Source: Pelagomonas calceolata (lineage: Eukaryota). Taken from it: a DNA stretch of 64,000 nucleotides. Of this stretch, positions 42,040 through 52,370 are shown one piece after another; position 1 is the stretch's first letter, and every line of letters begins with the position of its first letter. The stretch is taken from contig CAKKNE010000001.1 of NCBI GenBank assembly GCA_918797485.1, forward strand, positions 868,001 through 932,000, read 5' to 3'. The translations under genes and the position numbers were made by a program. The notes below the pieces were generated by a model. That model was given only the letters and a program-made list of their open reading frames with translations. It searched no databases and had not been told where the DNA came from.

Positions 42040-42624
42040 TCAAAGAGATCTAGCTAGCGCTTGAGCGACTTGTTCTCCTTCAATGCGATCTAGCTGGCGC
42101 TTGAGCGACTTGTTCTCGTCTTGGAGGATTCGTATCCGCCTTCTCGTGGCGCGGTCGAGCTCCCTCAGGGCTTCTGCGGCTCCAAACTTCAAGTCCTCAC
42201 TGGCGTCGCACACGAGCCTGATGAGCGGGTCGACGGCGCCGGCCTCGGCGACCGCAACCTTTTTGCGTGCGTCCATATCATAGTCCGTAGGTCCCCCACG
42301 CACCAACGCCTCGGCGAGTCGCACCAACGCCCACGCGGCCTCCCTCTGGCCCTCGGCCGGTTCCGCCTCGGCGAGGGTCGACAATGCCACCATGGCCTTC
42401 TTCCGGCCCATGGACGTGCCGTTCGTCACGAGTCTCATGAGCGGTTCGATGGCGCCGGCGTCGATGATCGCGGCGCTGTATGCGGCACTTTCAGAGGCGA
42501 GGTCTGTCAACCCCTCGGCGGCCACCTCCTTTACTTTGGCCGCGCCGTTCCCTACGAGCGCCACGAGCTGCGTGATGCCGTCGGCGTCGACGGTCGAGTC
42601 CGCGCCGATGCCCTCGTCGGCCAT
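42040..42624 (-). CDS. Armadillo-repeat protein
   Basis: IIDAGAIEPLMRLV and VAEAGAVDPLIRLV ARM repeats. Likely start MADEG. Confidence 0.8.
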   Translation of the reverse strand: MADEGIGADSTVDADGITQLVALVGNGAAKVKEVAAEGLTDLASESAAYSAAIIDAGAIEPLMRLVTNGTSMGRKKAMVALSTLAEAEPAEGQREAAWALVRLAEALVRGGPTDYDMDARKKVAVAEAGAVDPLIRLVCDASEDLKFGAAEALRELDRATRRRIRILQDENKSLKRQLDRIEGEQVAQALARSL

Positions 42625-42655
42625 TCGTCCGGCTGGCGCGGCGATCCTTAAGCGG

Positions 42656-43096
42656 ATGCCCAGCGCGAGACCGGCTGCGTCGCACGTAATCAAGACGACG
42701 CGCGTCTGCCGCAGACAAAGAAGGACCAAACCACCGGTGTGTCCTTACGAGTCGGTATTTCTGACTGCTCACTCTCACAGCGCACGAGGCGTTGTGGCGA
42801 AGCGTAATAATTATAACACCTCGTGTCGCGCGACGCGTTCGTATGCTCGCGCCGCGGCGGCAAAATCGCAAGCCGCGCTCCGCGCCAGCGAGACCCCACT
42901 CAGGTTCAAAGTGGGTACTAGAGTCGAATGCTGCATGGGCACGAATCAATGGGAGCCCGGCACGGTCATCAAGCTGTGGTACTTCACGCAAGGTTCTCAC
43001 GCCCCGTACCAGGTTGAATTGGATGAGGGCAATTTGATCTTTGCGCCGGAAGACTCGGACCGCTGCGTCCGGCGGGCGCCGTCGGAGAGCGCGTAA
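42656..43096 (+). CDS. Small protein/exon with SH3-like 'LRFxVGxRVEC' domain; 5' structure uncertain
   Basis: PLRFKVGTRVECCMG...WEPGTVIKLWY...PYQVELDEGNLIFAPEDSDRCVR is a recognisable algal domain. A possible GT...CTCACAG intron lies at 42737-42780. Confidence 0.5.
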   Translation: MPSARPAASHVIKTTRVCRRQRRTKPPVCPYESVFLTAHSHSARGVVAKRNNYNTSCRATRSYARAAAAKSQAALRASETPLRFKVGTRVECCMGTNQWEPGTVIKLWYFTQGSHAPYQVELDEGNLIFAPEDSDRCVRRAPSESA

Positions 43097-43147
43097 GAGG
43101 TAGCAATATAGCGACGTTCTGGACAGGGACTCGCCCGGTCGCTTGGA

Positions 43148-43174
43148 CCTAGCGGCCAGTAAGACACTAGAAAG
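43148..43174 (+). promoter_or_regulatory. Recurrent intergenic motif
   Basis: cctagcggccagtaagacactagaaag, ~150 bp upstream of ATG 43326. Confidence 0.6.
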
Positions 43175-43325
43175 CACTTTGCGGCTGCTGCTGCTCGGCC
43201 GCAGGAGTGCGCAATTGTGCTTGCAAGTTCAAGCCACATCGTGCATAGCTCATTACAAACACCTGCAGCCCGTGCAGCCAAATTTCGAGCACGCCTACGC
43301 CCCGCAGCACTCGCAGAGCAAGCCC

Positions 43326-44324
43326 ATGGCCGCCGAAGCACCGCCCAAGCCGCGCAAGAAACCACCAAAACTCCAGAGCGGCCCGCCGACGCTGACGCGC
43401 CTCTGGAAGGACCGGCCGCGCATCGGGGCGGACAACGCGATCCACCGGCCCGGGCTGGATGGTGCGTACTTCTCGGACCTCGCGGCGATCCGGGAGCCGG
43501 TCATGGTGCAGGAGGTGTATGTCCTGGATCCGTTTCTGCGCGCATTAGCCGAGTTCCGCTCGCCCCAATCCTTGGGCGACGAGGCCGTGCCCGTGCCGTG
43601 CCACGAGGACGAGAGCTGCGTGAATGTCAAGCTGCGGCTCTTCGAACAGATACGAGCGAACTTTGATACTCTAAGGAGCCTGCCCCGCGACGTCATTGAA
43701 GCGCTGTACGCGCCGGAGACGGAGAGCCACGATCCTGATGAGTTCATCCGGCCTTACGACTGGTCGCGGCGGTTCTTCTCTACTGAATGGTCCGAGGCGG
43801 ACCTGGCGGGGCGCTTCTCCTACGACACCTACAACGATTTCCTGGATGAGACGAAGTGGTGCCTCTACGAACCCGATTTGGTTCGGTGTACGCCGCTGGA
43901 ACGAAACGACAATACGGGAAGGCCGCTCGTGCGCCAGGCGAAGAACTTCGTGGCGGACTACAAGGTCATCCACAAGGTGTCGCGGGAGGTGCGCCACCGC
44001 GACGCCATCCTGTTGCTGCCGACGCATGTCCGCGTGCGTCTGGTCAGGCCGGGGTTCGGGCGCCTCGCGTACGTCGTGCCGCGGGCGTGCACCTTCGAGG
44101 AATTAAGAAAGCGCGTCGCGGCGGACGTCGGCGAGACCTTCGAGGAGTTCCCGGCCGGCGCCGACCGCGACAACTTGTTCGGGCCCGGCAAGCGTTTGAT
44201 GGACGTCGTCCGGCCGAACTGTTTCTTCGTGCAGCAGGCGTGGAAGGGCGTCGTGGACGCGTCCGAGGTGGTGGACGCGGCGCCGCCGAAGAAGACGTTC
44301 CTGGAGTACGTTTCCCGGGACTAG
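43326..44324 (+). CDS. Hypothetical protein
   Basis: Long ORF with a globular-looking composition from MAAEAPP. No family recognised. Confidence 0.7.
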   Translation: MAAEAPPKPRKKPPKLQSGPPTLTRLWKDRPRIGADNAIHRPGLDGAYFSDLAAIREPVMVQEVYVLDPFLRALAEFRSPQSLGDEAVPVPCHEDESCVNVKLRLFEQIRANFDTLRSLPRDVIEALYAPETESHDPDEFIRPYDWSRRFFSTEWSEADLAGRFSYDTYNDFLDETKWCLYEPDLVRCTPLERNDNTGRPLVRQAKNFVADYKVIHKVSREVRHRDAILLLPTHVRVRLVRPGFGRLAYVVPRACTFEELRKRVAADVGETFEEFPAGADRDNLFGPGKRLMDVVRPNCFFVQQAWKGVVDASEVVDAAPPKKTFLEYVSRD

Positions 44325-44335
44325 TAAGTGTATGT

Positions 44336-45184
44336 TTATGTGAAGAAGAGTCGCGGCGTCGCCGCCACATACGCCTCGAACGCGTCGTCGCGGTAGGCGA
44401 GGCGCTGGCGGCCGTCCAGGGACTCCGTCGCCGAGAGGACGATATTCACCATCATGAGTGGCGCTAGGACCGCCAGCAGCGCAGCGGCGGCGGACGGCGC
44501 GCTCAGCGCCGCCGCGGCTGCCACGGCGCCGTGGAGGACGACGTCGGCCGCGTAGTTCACGTGGCGCGACACGCGCCAGAGGCCCGTCGTGCACGGCCGG
44601 TCCGGCGCGCGCCGCTTCGCCAGGAACTTCTGCGCGTCGGCGACGGTCTGGACGGCCAGCGCGACCGCCGCCGCCGCACCAGCAAATACAGTAACGCGGG
44701 GCCGCGGCGCGTTCGCCAGAAACCGGATCGGCGCGGCGTAGAGCGCCAGCAGGACAGCGACGCCGGCGACGAGCGGGATCTTGTGCGTCGTCCGCGTGAA
44801 GGGGCACTTCGTGTCCTTCTCCAGGGCCCGGAACAGCGGCAACACGGCGTCGCGGTAGTGCTTCTCGCGGTCGCGCAGGGCCTGGTAGGCCGTCACCTTG
44901 AGGCCGTAGGCGAGCAGGACGCGGACGGCGACCGGCGTCGTCGCGCTCCGGAGCGCCGCCCGCGCGTGCCACGCGATGGCCAAACCGTAGCCGTAACTCA
45001 CGGCCGCGTGGGCCGAGACGAAGCCCACCGCCGCGCACGCGAACCCGGCGCCGGCGGCGCTCTTGACGACGGCTGCTGCCGGTGCCACGGCTGCCAGTCT
45101 CGGTGTCGTTTTTATCCGTCTTGCCGGTACGAATGCTTTGCTGCAAATTGGTGCGAGCAGCAGCACGGTTGAGAGGTGCATCAT
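44336..45184 (-). CDS. DUF1295 / steroid 5-alpha-reductase-like membrane protein, probably plastid-targeted
   Basis: ADAQKF...TTGLWRVSRHVNYAAD...YVAATP, with a signal peptide ending SKAF. Confidence 0.8.
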   Translation of the reverse strand: MMHLSTVLLLAPICSKAFVPARRIKTTPRLAAVAPAAAVVKSAAGAGFACAAVGFVSAHAAVSYGYGLAIAWHARAALRSATTPVAVRVLLAYGLKVTAYQALRDREKHYRDAVLPLFRALEKDTKCPFTRTTHKIPLVAGVAVLLALYAAPIRFLANAPRPRVTVFAGAAAAVALAVQTVADAQKFLAKRRAPDRPCTTGLWRVSRHVNYAADVVLHGAVAAAAALSAPSAAAALLAVLAPLMMVNIVLSATESLDGRQRLAYRDDAFEAYVAATPRLFFT

Positions 45185-45248
45185 CTCAACTACTTGCGAT
45201 CAACACGACCTCAAGGCGCAAAAATCTGGCGCTCGAGATTTGCATTTA

Positions 45249-45274
45249 GCTAGCGGCAGCAAGACACTAGCAAG
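45249..45274 (+). promoter_or_regulatory. Recurrent intergenic motif
   Basis: gctagcggcagcaagacactagcaag, 65 bp upstream of ATG 45184(-). Confidence 0.55.
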
Positions 45275-45379
45275 CGTGGAAACAAGCGTGCTAGTCCTAG
45301 CACCGTAACCATACGATGGAAACAAGCGTGCCCCAAGACACGAGCAGCAGCATCGGACGACCTCCTCAAAAACGAAAAC

Positions 45380-46390
45380 TTACGCGTCGCCCGGCGCCGC
45401 CGCCGCCGCCGCGCCCCAGACCCGCGCGTCCTCGGGCCGCACGCGCCGCCCCTGGTCGATGACCGAGTAGAACGTGTCGCCGACAACGCCCGCGGCCTCG
45501 CAGACCCGCTTGGCGCGCTTCATCGCCGCCGTCTGCAGGAAACTGAGGAACTTGACCTCGCGCGCCGAGAGGTCCGGGTGCCACACGTCGAAGATCAGGG
45601 CGATGCGCGCCTCAGAAGCGTGGTCGTTCCAGGCCTCGTGATTGAAGGAATCGTCGAAAATTATGGCCTTGTCGCGCGCCATCCTTACGATTTCGTCTCC
45701 CACCCTTATTCTACAGCCCTCGGCCGGGCAGAGTAAAGGCAGGTGGCATCTTAATTTTTTTGCGGTCGGCCCGTTGTGGTCCGTGATATGCGTATTACAG
45801 GCCGTGGAACTAAAAAACGCGTGGCCGTAGGTTTGAGGAATGCGCTCCAACACTCCACACGTCACGGGGCACCGCTCCCTGTGAGCTTCAAAGTCCATAT
45901 TGTGCAGCTCGAGATAAAAGACATTCCAGTCCCCTCTATCGGTCGCGCCCCTCCCGCCCTTCTGCTCGCTCGACGGCGCGCGGTACGGCTGGAAGTGCTC
46001 CTCGCCCTGATCTCTGAGTCTGAGCAACTCCTCGCGCATCGCCGGCGCATTCCTTTCGACGTCCGCCACCCAGGCCAGCTCCGGCGGGAATTCTGATCGA
46101 GTCTCCTCGCATCCGCGCCACCAGACGGGTTGCGCCCTTAATCCTTCGAAGAGCTCGGGGCAGCCGCGCTGGCGCGCCGGCGTGTTCGATGGAGGGACGA
46201 GGTCACTACCATTAAGCTTGCGCAGCCACCACGCGCGGACGCGTGCCATGTCGTCTTCCGGAAGTTTCCGGAGGTAGGCCATGGCCACGGACTTGCCGAT
46301 GGTCGAGAGGCCGTAGTCGTCGAGGGCGCCGGCCAGGCGGCGCATGACCTTGGCCTCGCGGCTCTCGGCTGCCTCTGTTTGCGCTGCCAT
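45380..46390 (-). CDS. Aspartyl/asparaginyl beta-hydroxylase-domain 2OG-Fe(II) oxygenase
   Basis: GLRAQPVW, CPVT, HITDHNGPT..KLRCHLPL, FDDSFNHEAWN and FDVWHPDL. Confidence 0.9.
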   Translation of the reverse strand: MAAQTEAAESREAKVMRRLAGALDDYGLSTIGKSVAMAYLRKLPEDDMARVRAWWLRKLNGSDLVPPSNTPARQRGCPELFEGLRAQPVWWRGCEETRSEFPPELAWVADVERNAPAMREELLRLRDQGEEHFQPYRAPSSEQKGGRGATDRGDWNVFYLELHNMDFEAHRERCPVTCGVLERIPQTYGHAFFSSTACNTHITDHNGPTAKKLRCHLPLLCPAEGCRIRVGDEIVRMARDKAIIFDDSFNHEAWNDHASEARIALIFDVWHPDLSAREVKFLSFLQTAAMKRAKRVCEAAGVVGDTFYSVIDQGRRVRPEDARVWGAAAAAAPGDA

Positions 46391-46525
46391 TTTTGTAAAC
46401 TTGTAGCGTTTCGAAGCCAGTACTTCTTGCAAGATGAGTCTACCACAGAGCCACGTTTTGGCAGCGCTGCGTGTTCAGTTATGCCTCGTTTTGGGCCGCT
46501 GCGCGCAACAGCCGCGCTGGGTCTA

Positions 46526-46551
46526 GCTAGCGGTGTGTAAGACACTAGCAA
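46526..46551 (+). promoter_or_regulatory. Recurrent intergenic motif
   Basis: gctagcggtgtgtaagacactagcaa, ~135 bp upstream of ATG 46390(-). Confidence 0.6.
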
Positions 46552-47395
46552 ACGGAATACGGCATGCAGCTGTTCGAGTATCCTTCGGTTCGCTACTGGT
46601 CCAAAGAGATCAATGGGACATGTACTGGGGGCCCAAAATTTTTTTTTTTTTAATTCGCGAAATTGACGACGCCGCCATGGCTGGCGCGTCGGTGGAATCC
46701 TGTCGATTCGTGGTCCTGAGGTCTCCCCGGCGTCGCCTAGGGTCGGAACTAGACATGGGTAGTCGCCTACGCCGCGTGCGCGGGCGCTTCGATCAGTGGA
46801 TGCAAATCAAGACAGGTCCCCAGCAGTGCGCGGACAACTGCCATGATCCCCAAAAGTTTTCGATCCAGAGCTCTCTGGGAGCCCCGAGAATCGGCGCATG
46901 CGGTCTAGGCGACCACCCGACCTCAGACCTATCCCAGAGGGTGTCCGCGAGCCGATCTGCCCCCGAAAAAGTAACTCATTTGGACCCGATGGCGCCCCGT
47001 TCCCGAGGCCCAGTCGCGAGTCGTCACCGTTGCACAAACTAAGAGCAGGCCGCCCGCCACCAACGCGGCGAGCTGAGTCCTCTGGCGATCGGAGACTCGC
47101 GGCTCCGGACGCGTTACGTCTCGGAGAGGTTCCAGTGGTTCCATGGATGGATGGAGAGCTCTGTGTTAATATTGGGGCCGTGCGCGCGCTAGACTAGCAA
47201 GCTACGATGACGACGCGATGATTCGTCTAACCTCGCGCTTCAAAACTGGAAACCCCGAGGCTGTTTTCGCGCAGAACGAAGTGCACGCGCTCACATCACA
47301 TAGGGCTAGAAGGCTGTGAGGCTCTAGGAAGCGTAACAATGCAAGAGCAAAGAATTAGAATGGTCCACAGAGCAAGTTGTTACAGATGAGTACAT

Positions 47396-49573
47396 TTACG
47401 ACGCAAGGCTCGCGGACGAGTCGGCCGCGCGCAACTGCCGGCGGACGAGGTTCGAGTACTCGGCGCAGTCCTGCAGCAGTGCGTCATGGGTGCCCGAGCC
47501 GATCACGCGGCCGCCCTGGACCAGCGCGATCAGGTCCGCGTTGACGACCGTCGACAGCCGGTGCGCGACGGATATCGACGTGCGGCCGACGCAAAGTTTA
47601 TCGATGGCGTCCTGCACGAGGGCCTCGGACTCCGCGTCCAATGCGGAAGTCGCCTCGTCGAAGAGCAGCAGCCGCGGCGCCGCCAGTAACGCGCGGGCGA
47701 TGGCGACGCGCTGCGTCTGGCCGCCGCTCAGCCGGACGCCACGCTCGCCGACTGCTGTTTCAAATCCGTCGGGGAACGCCGTCGCGAAGTCGTAGGCGTG
47801 CGCCGCCTTGGCCGCGGCCTCGACGGCCGCGTCGTCGGTGCGGAGGCCGCGCGCGCGAGAAGCATATGCAATATTGTCGCGTATGCTCCCCGAAAAGAGC
47901 GCCGGCTGCTGGGCGACGAGGGCCATCTTCGTCCTTAAAACGGTCGGTTCCACTGCTCGTATATCAACACCGTCGAAGAGAATCCTGCCAGACCCGACGT
48001 CGTAGAAGCGTTCGAGCAAATGAAGCAACGTCGTCTTCCCGCCGCCCGACGGCCCCACCAGTGCCTGTCAGTGAGTTTTATCCACAAGGTCGCGTCGATG
48101 GCGTGGGGCGCCCGAAATATGATTTCCACACAGTCCTGCGCCGCCCGCGACTTCGCCGGTATGCGCAGCGTCAGGCCGTCGAGCACGCGGAGGTCGGGCC
48201 GCGACGCGTAGGAAAAGACGACATCCTCGAAGGCGCAGCCCGCCGCGTCGCCTCGCGCGAGCCGCAGCTCCGTCGCGCGGTCCGCGTCGCTCTTGGAGGA
48301 CCAATCGTTGGGTATGGCCGGCTCGCGGTCGATCACCGCGAAGATTTCTACCGACGCGCCGACGGCCTCGACGACGGAGGCGCCCGTCTGCGCGAGGACC
48401 GACAGCGACGCGGTGATCGTGAGCAGCAGCATGACGAACGCGACGAGGTCGCCCGTCGTCATCTGGCCGCGCACCACTAACAGCCCTCCGTAGTACCAGA
48501 CGCCCAGCACCGACGCGTAGCCCAGAGCCGCCGTCGTCGTGATGAACGCCGCCTGGACTCCTGCCTGCCGCAGCCCGAGCGCCAGGCTCGAGTCCTTCGC
48601 CGGCCGCTCGGCCGCGTCGGGGTCCCCGACGGCGTGGGCGTAGCGGCCGACCTCGAAGCCCTCCGCGCCGAAGGACCGCACGACCCGCTGGTTCGCGAGG
48701 CCCTCCTGCGCGACGGCGCCCGCGCGCGCCAGCGCCGCCTGCGACTCCTTGGCGAGCCGCTTCACGACGCGCATGGCGAGGAACGTCGCGCCGATCAGGA
48801 ACGGCACCACCGCCGTCGCGAGGCAGGCCAGGCGCCACGACGTCAGGAACAGGAGCGCGAAGGACACGAGCGCGGAGATCGCCGACCGGAGCGCGAGGGA
48901 TACCGTTTCCGTGGCCGCCGCCTGGAGCTTCTGCGTGTCGGACGCGAGGCGGCTCAGGAGATCGCCCGTCTCCCGGGCGTCGAACCAGGCCGTCTCCTGC
49001 GCGAGCATCCGCCCAAACAGCAGGACGCGCAGCCGCGCGACGACCTTCGCGCCTGTGCGCAAATCAACCAGTTAGTCGAGCGCGCGTGTCCTTTCTCGAC
49101 GAGAACGCGGCCGGGCTGGCTCCATCGAGCGGAGAGGCACCGACACCTCCATGCCGTCGAGCAGGTGTCGCGTCGATGGCGTGGAGGCCATGATCTATGC
49201 ACAGCTTCGCGCCCGCCGAGTTAAACACGTAGGCGCGAACCGCCGTGAAGAACAGCGACACGCCGACCACCAGCGCGAGCTCGGCGCAGGCCGCCGAGTA
49301 GCGCCGGAGCCGCGCGTCGCGCGACCCGCTCGTGTCCGAAGTGGCATCGACCATGCGCCCGAAGAGGAGGGGCATGACTGCCTGGCCGAGCACCGCGAGC
49401 ACGAGGCAGAGCGTCGCCGCAGCCATCGCGGGCCACTCGGGCCGAGACTGCCGCAGGATGCGGCGCACGCCCGCGGCGCGCTTCGTTTGTGTTGTTTCGC
49501 TCGGGGGTTCGAGGAGTGGTGCCGCGAGGTCTCCACTGGTCCCGTGCAGGGGGGAAGGTGTGGCGCCCGGCAT
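47396..49573 (-). CDS. ABCB half-transporter (ABCB10/TAP-like); exons 49573-49213, 49052-48142, 48064-47396
   Basis: TMD motif QETAWFD...TGDLLSRL. NBD motifs ALVGPSGGGKTT, LSGGQTQRVAIARA, DEATSALD and AHRLST. Two Introner introns restore the frame (SAG|AKVV, KSRA|ALVG). Confidence 0.92.
48065..48141 (-). mobile_element. Introner, element 48065-48133; intron 77 nt, GC-AG
   Basis: TIR TGATTTCCACACAG (48120-48133). The interior matches the reverse complement of the 8241 copy (CGCGTCGATGGCGTGGGGCGCCCGAAAT). TSD GCGCAGGA/GCACTGGT, 5/8. Donor lies 8 nt outside the TIR. Confidence 0.85.
49053..49212 (-). mobile_element. Introner, element 49053-49204; intron 160 nt, GC-AG
   Basis: TIRs CTGTGCGCAAATCA / TGATCTATGCACAG. 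Perfect 8-bp TSD cttcgcgc (49045-49052 and 49205-49212). The interior is homologous to the 15776 copy in the opposite orientation. Confidence 0.92.
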
Positions 49574-49748
49574 TGTTGCGCTGCAGTCTGCTGCAGCACT
49601 GCTGGCAAAGTGCTATAACTTAGTTTGGTGTGGACGTGTTCGACGGACAGGTTCTGCACTGCAGCACTGGTGACAAAATGCCGATACGTGACGGGTGCCA
49701 GCCCTATGGCCCTATGCTCGGCTCCGAGCGCACACGCCCGCATAATCG

Positions 49749-49767
49749 CCTAGATGAGAGACACTAG
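49749..49767 (+). promoter_or_regulatory. Variant of the recurrent intergenic motif
   Basis: cctagatgagagacactag between divergent genes. Confidence 0.4.
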
Positions 49768-51515
49768 ACTCGACCAAAAACCGTCGTTAACCGATCTATC
49801 CTTCGTGCACGCCGAACCGAAGATTCTTGACGGCGTTGAGGCCTCCCCAAAGCTGAGACGCATTGCTTGCCTGGTGTTTGCTGGCTTGGTAAGGGCAGGC
49901 GAGGTATTACGACCGCCGACCGATAGCCGAAGGTAGGCCCACGCCGTCGCGTTCATAATCTACTCACGAAGCCACACGCGCGAAATTTCCGCCCCGCGAT
50001 CGCTCGATGGCGCTCGAAAAGAGCGGGGAAAGGCATGGTGGATTTTGCGCACAGGCCGGCGCCCTCCGCGGTGCCGACGGGCCTGCCGACGCCGCAGCCG
50101 ACGCCCGGACCGACGCCCCAGCCTACGCCTGGGCCATCGCCGGAGCCGACGGTTGCGCCGACCTCCAGTGAGCCGACGCCGGAGCCGACGCCGTCGCCGA
50201 CGCCTGGGCCTTCTCCGGAGCCCACGATCGCGCCGACTTCCAGTGAGCCGACGCCCGAGCCCACGCCGTCGCCGACGCCTGGGCCTTCTCCGGAGCCCAC
50301 GATCGCGCCGACCTCCTCGGAGCCGACGCCGATGCCGACGCCGTCGCCTACGCCCGCGCCATCGCCCGGACCGACGCCCCAGCCTACGCCTGGGCCATCG
50401 CCCGGACCGACGCCAGTGCCAGTGCGTGAATCCAACCGCCGCCGACTCGCCGCGCCTTCTCACGAAGCATAACGCCATCGACGCGACGCGAGCTCGACGA
50501 CGTGGCGTTGCGGTCTGGTACCGCTCGCTGCGGTCTGGTACCGCTCGCTGCGGTCTGGAACCGCTCGCACCGGCCAGCACGGCGGCGTTCTCGCCGCGAG
50601 GGGACTTGGTGCAGAATTCTCGGGCGCCCGGTCGACTCACCGATTGATCCGCGCACAGGCCGCAGCCGACGCCGCAGCCGACGCCTGGTCCGACGCCGGA
50701 GCCCTCGCCGGGCCCGACGCCCGCGCCGACGTACGTGCCAGTGCATAAATCACACCGCCGCGAATCTTCGACTCACCGATTGATCTACGCACAGGCCTCT
50801 GCCGACGCCTGGTCCGACTCCGGAGCCCTCGCCGGGGCCCACGCCGATGCCTACGCCGCAGCCCAGTCCTGGGCCGACGCCGCAGCCCTCGCCGGGCCCG
50901 ACGCCGGCTCCGACGCCGGCTCCGACGCCGCTGCCGACGCCGGGTCCTACGCCTGGGCCATCGCCGGGCCCCACGCCGATGCCCACGCCGCAGCCCAGTC
51001 CTGGGCCGACGCCGCAGCCCTCGCCGGGCCCGACGCCGGCTCCGACGCCGGCTCCGACGCCGCTGCCGACGCCGGGCCCTACGCCTGGGCCATCGCCGGG
51101 CCCCACGCCGATGCCGACGCCGCAGCCCAGTCCTGGGCCGACGCCGCAGCCCTCGCCGGGCCCGACGCCGGCTCCGACGCCGGCTCCGACGCCGGCTCCG
51201 ACGCCGATGCCGTGGGGCGTTCCGATGCCATCGCATCCGTCCGCGCGACGCTGTTCCAGACGGCGCATATATGTGCGCCGGCGCGACGGACGTGAAGGCA
51301 ATGGGATGTCCACGCAGGCCGGGGCGTTCCGATGCCATCGCATCCGTCCGCGCGACGCTGTTCCAGACGGCGCATGTATGTGCGCCGGCGCGACGGACGT
51401 GAAGGCAGTGGGACACAAGACCCTCCACCTTACTCGGAGGACCAAGACCAGCCTGGACTGCACAAAGTTAGGGCGAAACGCAAGACCGGCCGCACCGACG
51501 GCGGGCCTCTCCTAG
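49754..51515 (+). CDS. Pro/Thr-rich (PT-repeat) mucin/extensin-like protein; introns 49933-50054, 50412-50658, 50731-50794; start and 3' end uncertain
   Basis: Three phase-2 introns join PTP/PSP repeat exons into one frame (SR|RPAPS, GP|TPQP, AP|TPLP). A hydrophobic stretch [13 protein letters not shown] lies upstream. Confidence 0.5.
49933..50054 (+). mobile_element. Degenerate Introner-like intron (122 nt, GT-AG)
   Basis: The 3' end GATTTTGCGCACAG resembles the family TIR. Internal GCTCGATGGCG is shared with the family. Confidence 0.5.
50412..50658 (+). mobile_element. Diverged Introner, element 50420-50658; intron 247 nt, GC-AG; contains 3x 20-bp tandem repeat (50510-50567)
   Basis: The interior aligns by eye with the 15776 copy (ACGCCATCGA..., GACTTGGTG.AGAATT.TCGG). 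Ends TTGATCCGCGCACAG. TSD GCCAGTGC/GCCGCAGC, 5/8. Confidence 0.75.
50731..50794 (+). mobile_element. Short diverged Introner, element 50739-50794; intron 64 nt, GT-AG
   Basis: CAGTGCATAAATCA...TTGATCTACGCACAG. It shares TCGACTCACCGATTGATC with the 50420 copy. Donor GTACGTGC lies 8 nt outside the TIR. Confidence 0.75.
50820..51205 (+). repeat. Coding tandem repeat, ~132-bp unit x3
   Basis: The unit [44 protein letters not shown] is repeated nearly identically. Confidence 0.85.
51214..51413 (+). repeat. 93-bp direct repeat x2 (period 107 bp) with internal hairpin
   Basis: 51214-51306 and 51321-51413 differ at 2 positions. Each contains the near-palindrome CGGCGCAT(A/G)TATGTGCGCCG. Confidence 0.85.
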
Positions 51516-51634
51516 AAGCCCGATGCGCACCGTCGGACGCCGAAGAAGACCCCAAGAGGCCGGGTGAAGAAGAGTAGCCTGGGAAAGAGGCCGCCCCCTG
51601 CGTGAGTAAAGACTCCCCAAAAAAACTTCAGCAT

Positions 51635-52006
51635 CTAGTGTCCGGACTCCTTACCCAGGAGTCGCCGGACCCGTCCGTCCGCGAGCGATCCTGCGGCGAA
51701 TGCGGCGGCCGACGCGGCGAGCGTGTTCCGCGCGGGCGAGTCGAGCACGCGGAGGAGCGCGTGGGCGACGCACGCCGCGGCGGCCGCGCCGAGCAGCGCC
51801 AGGACGACGAGCGGCGGCGGCGCGGCCGCGAGCGCGGCGGGCCGGGCGCGCACGGGCCGCGCCGGCGCCGCCGCCGGCGCGGGGACGCGCGCAGCGGCGG
51901 GCGCGGCCGCGGGCGGCGGGGCGCCGCCGATCGCCGCGATCGCCTGCACCTCCGCCGGCGCGAGGCCGCCGCCGATGGGCGCCATCGTCGCGTCCGCTCG
52001 GATCAT
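51635..52006 (-). CDS. Small Ala/Pro-rich hydrophobic hypothetical protein
   Basis: 123-aa ORF with the hydrophobic segment LVVLALLGAAAAACVAHALL. Weak support. Confidence 0.4.
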   Translation of the reverse strand: MIRADATMAPIGGGLAPAEVQAIAAIGGAPPPAAAPAAARVPAPAAAPARPVRARPAALAAAPPPLVVLALLGAAAAACVAHALLRVLDSPARNTLAASAAAFAAGSLADGRVRRLLGKESGH

Positions 52007-52296
52007 CTTCGCTCGTGGTCACGTTTAGCGTGCTTGCAGCGGTCACGACTGATCGATGCTTCGATGGCGCGTGGAGCAGATGAGTGCTATGTATTTGTGC
52101 TGGGTGAACAACTGGTACTGAATGCGCAAGTTGTGGAGCAGCTGAGTGCTATGTACTGCTGATACTGCTACTGATCGCGCGTCGCGCTGTGATTGCGATG
52201 GAAGGCTGCAGTAGATTTGCGCACTTTTCACATATAACTCGCACTGTCACGCAAAGACGCACGACGGCCGGGCCGCGATTAATTTTTGGCAGCTTG

Positions 52297-52319
52297 CCTA
52301 GCGCCTGTAAGACACTAGC
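52297..52319 (+). promoter_or_regulatory. Recurrent intergenic motif
   Basis: cctagcgcctgtaagacactagc. Confidence 0.55.
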
Positions 52320-52370
52320 CCCAGTATTTAGGTGTCTGATGGAACCGTGGACCTATCCGGAGCGCGCCCC

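Noticed and set aside
50060..51210. CRISPR-like repeat array
   Set aside because: The repeats are in-frame Pro/Thr coding units with no unique spacers and no cas genes, in a eukaryotic context.
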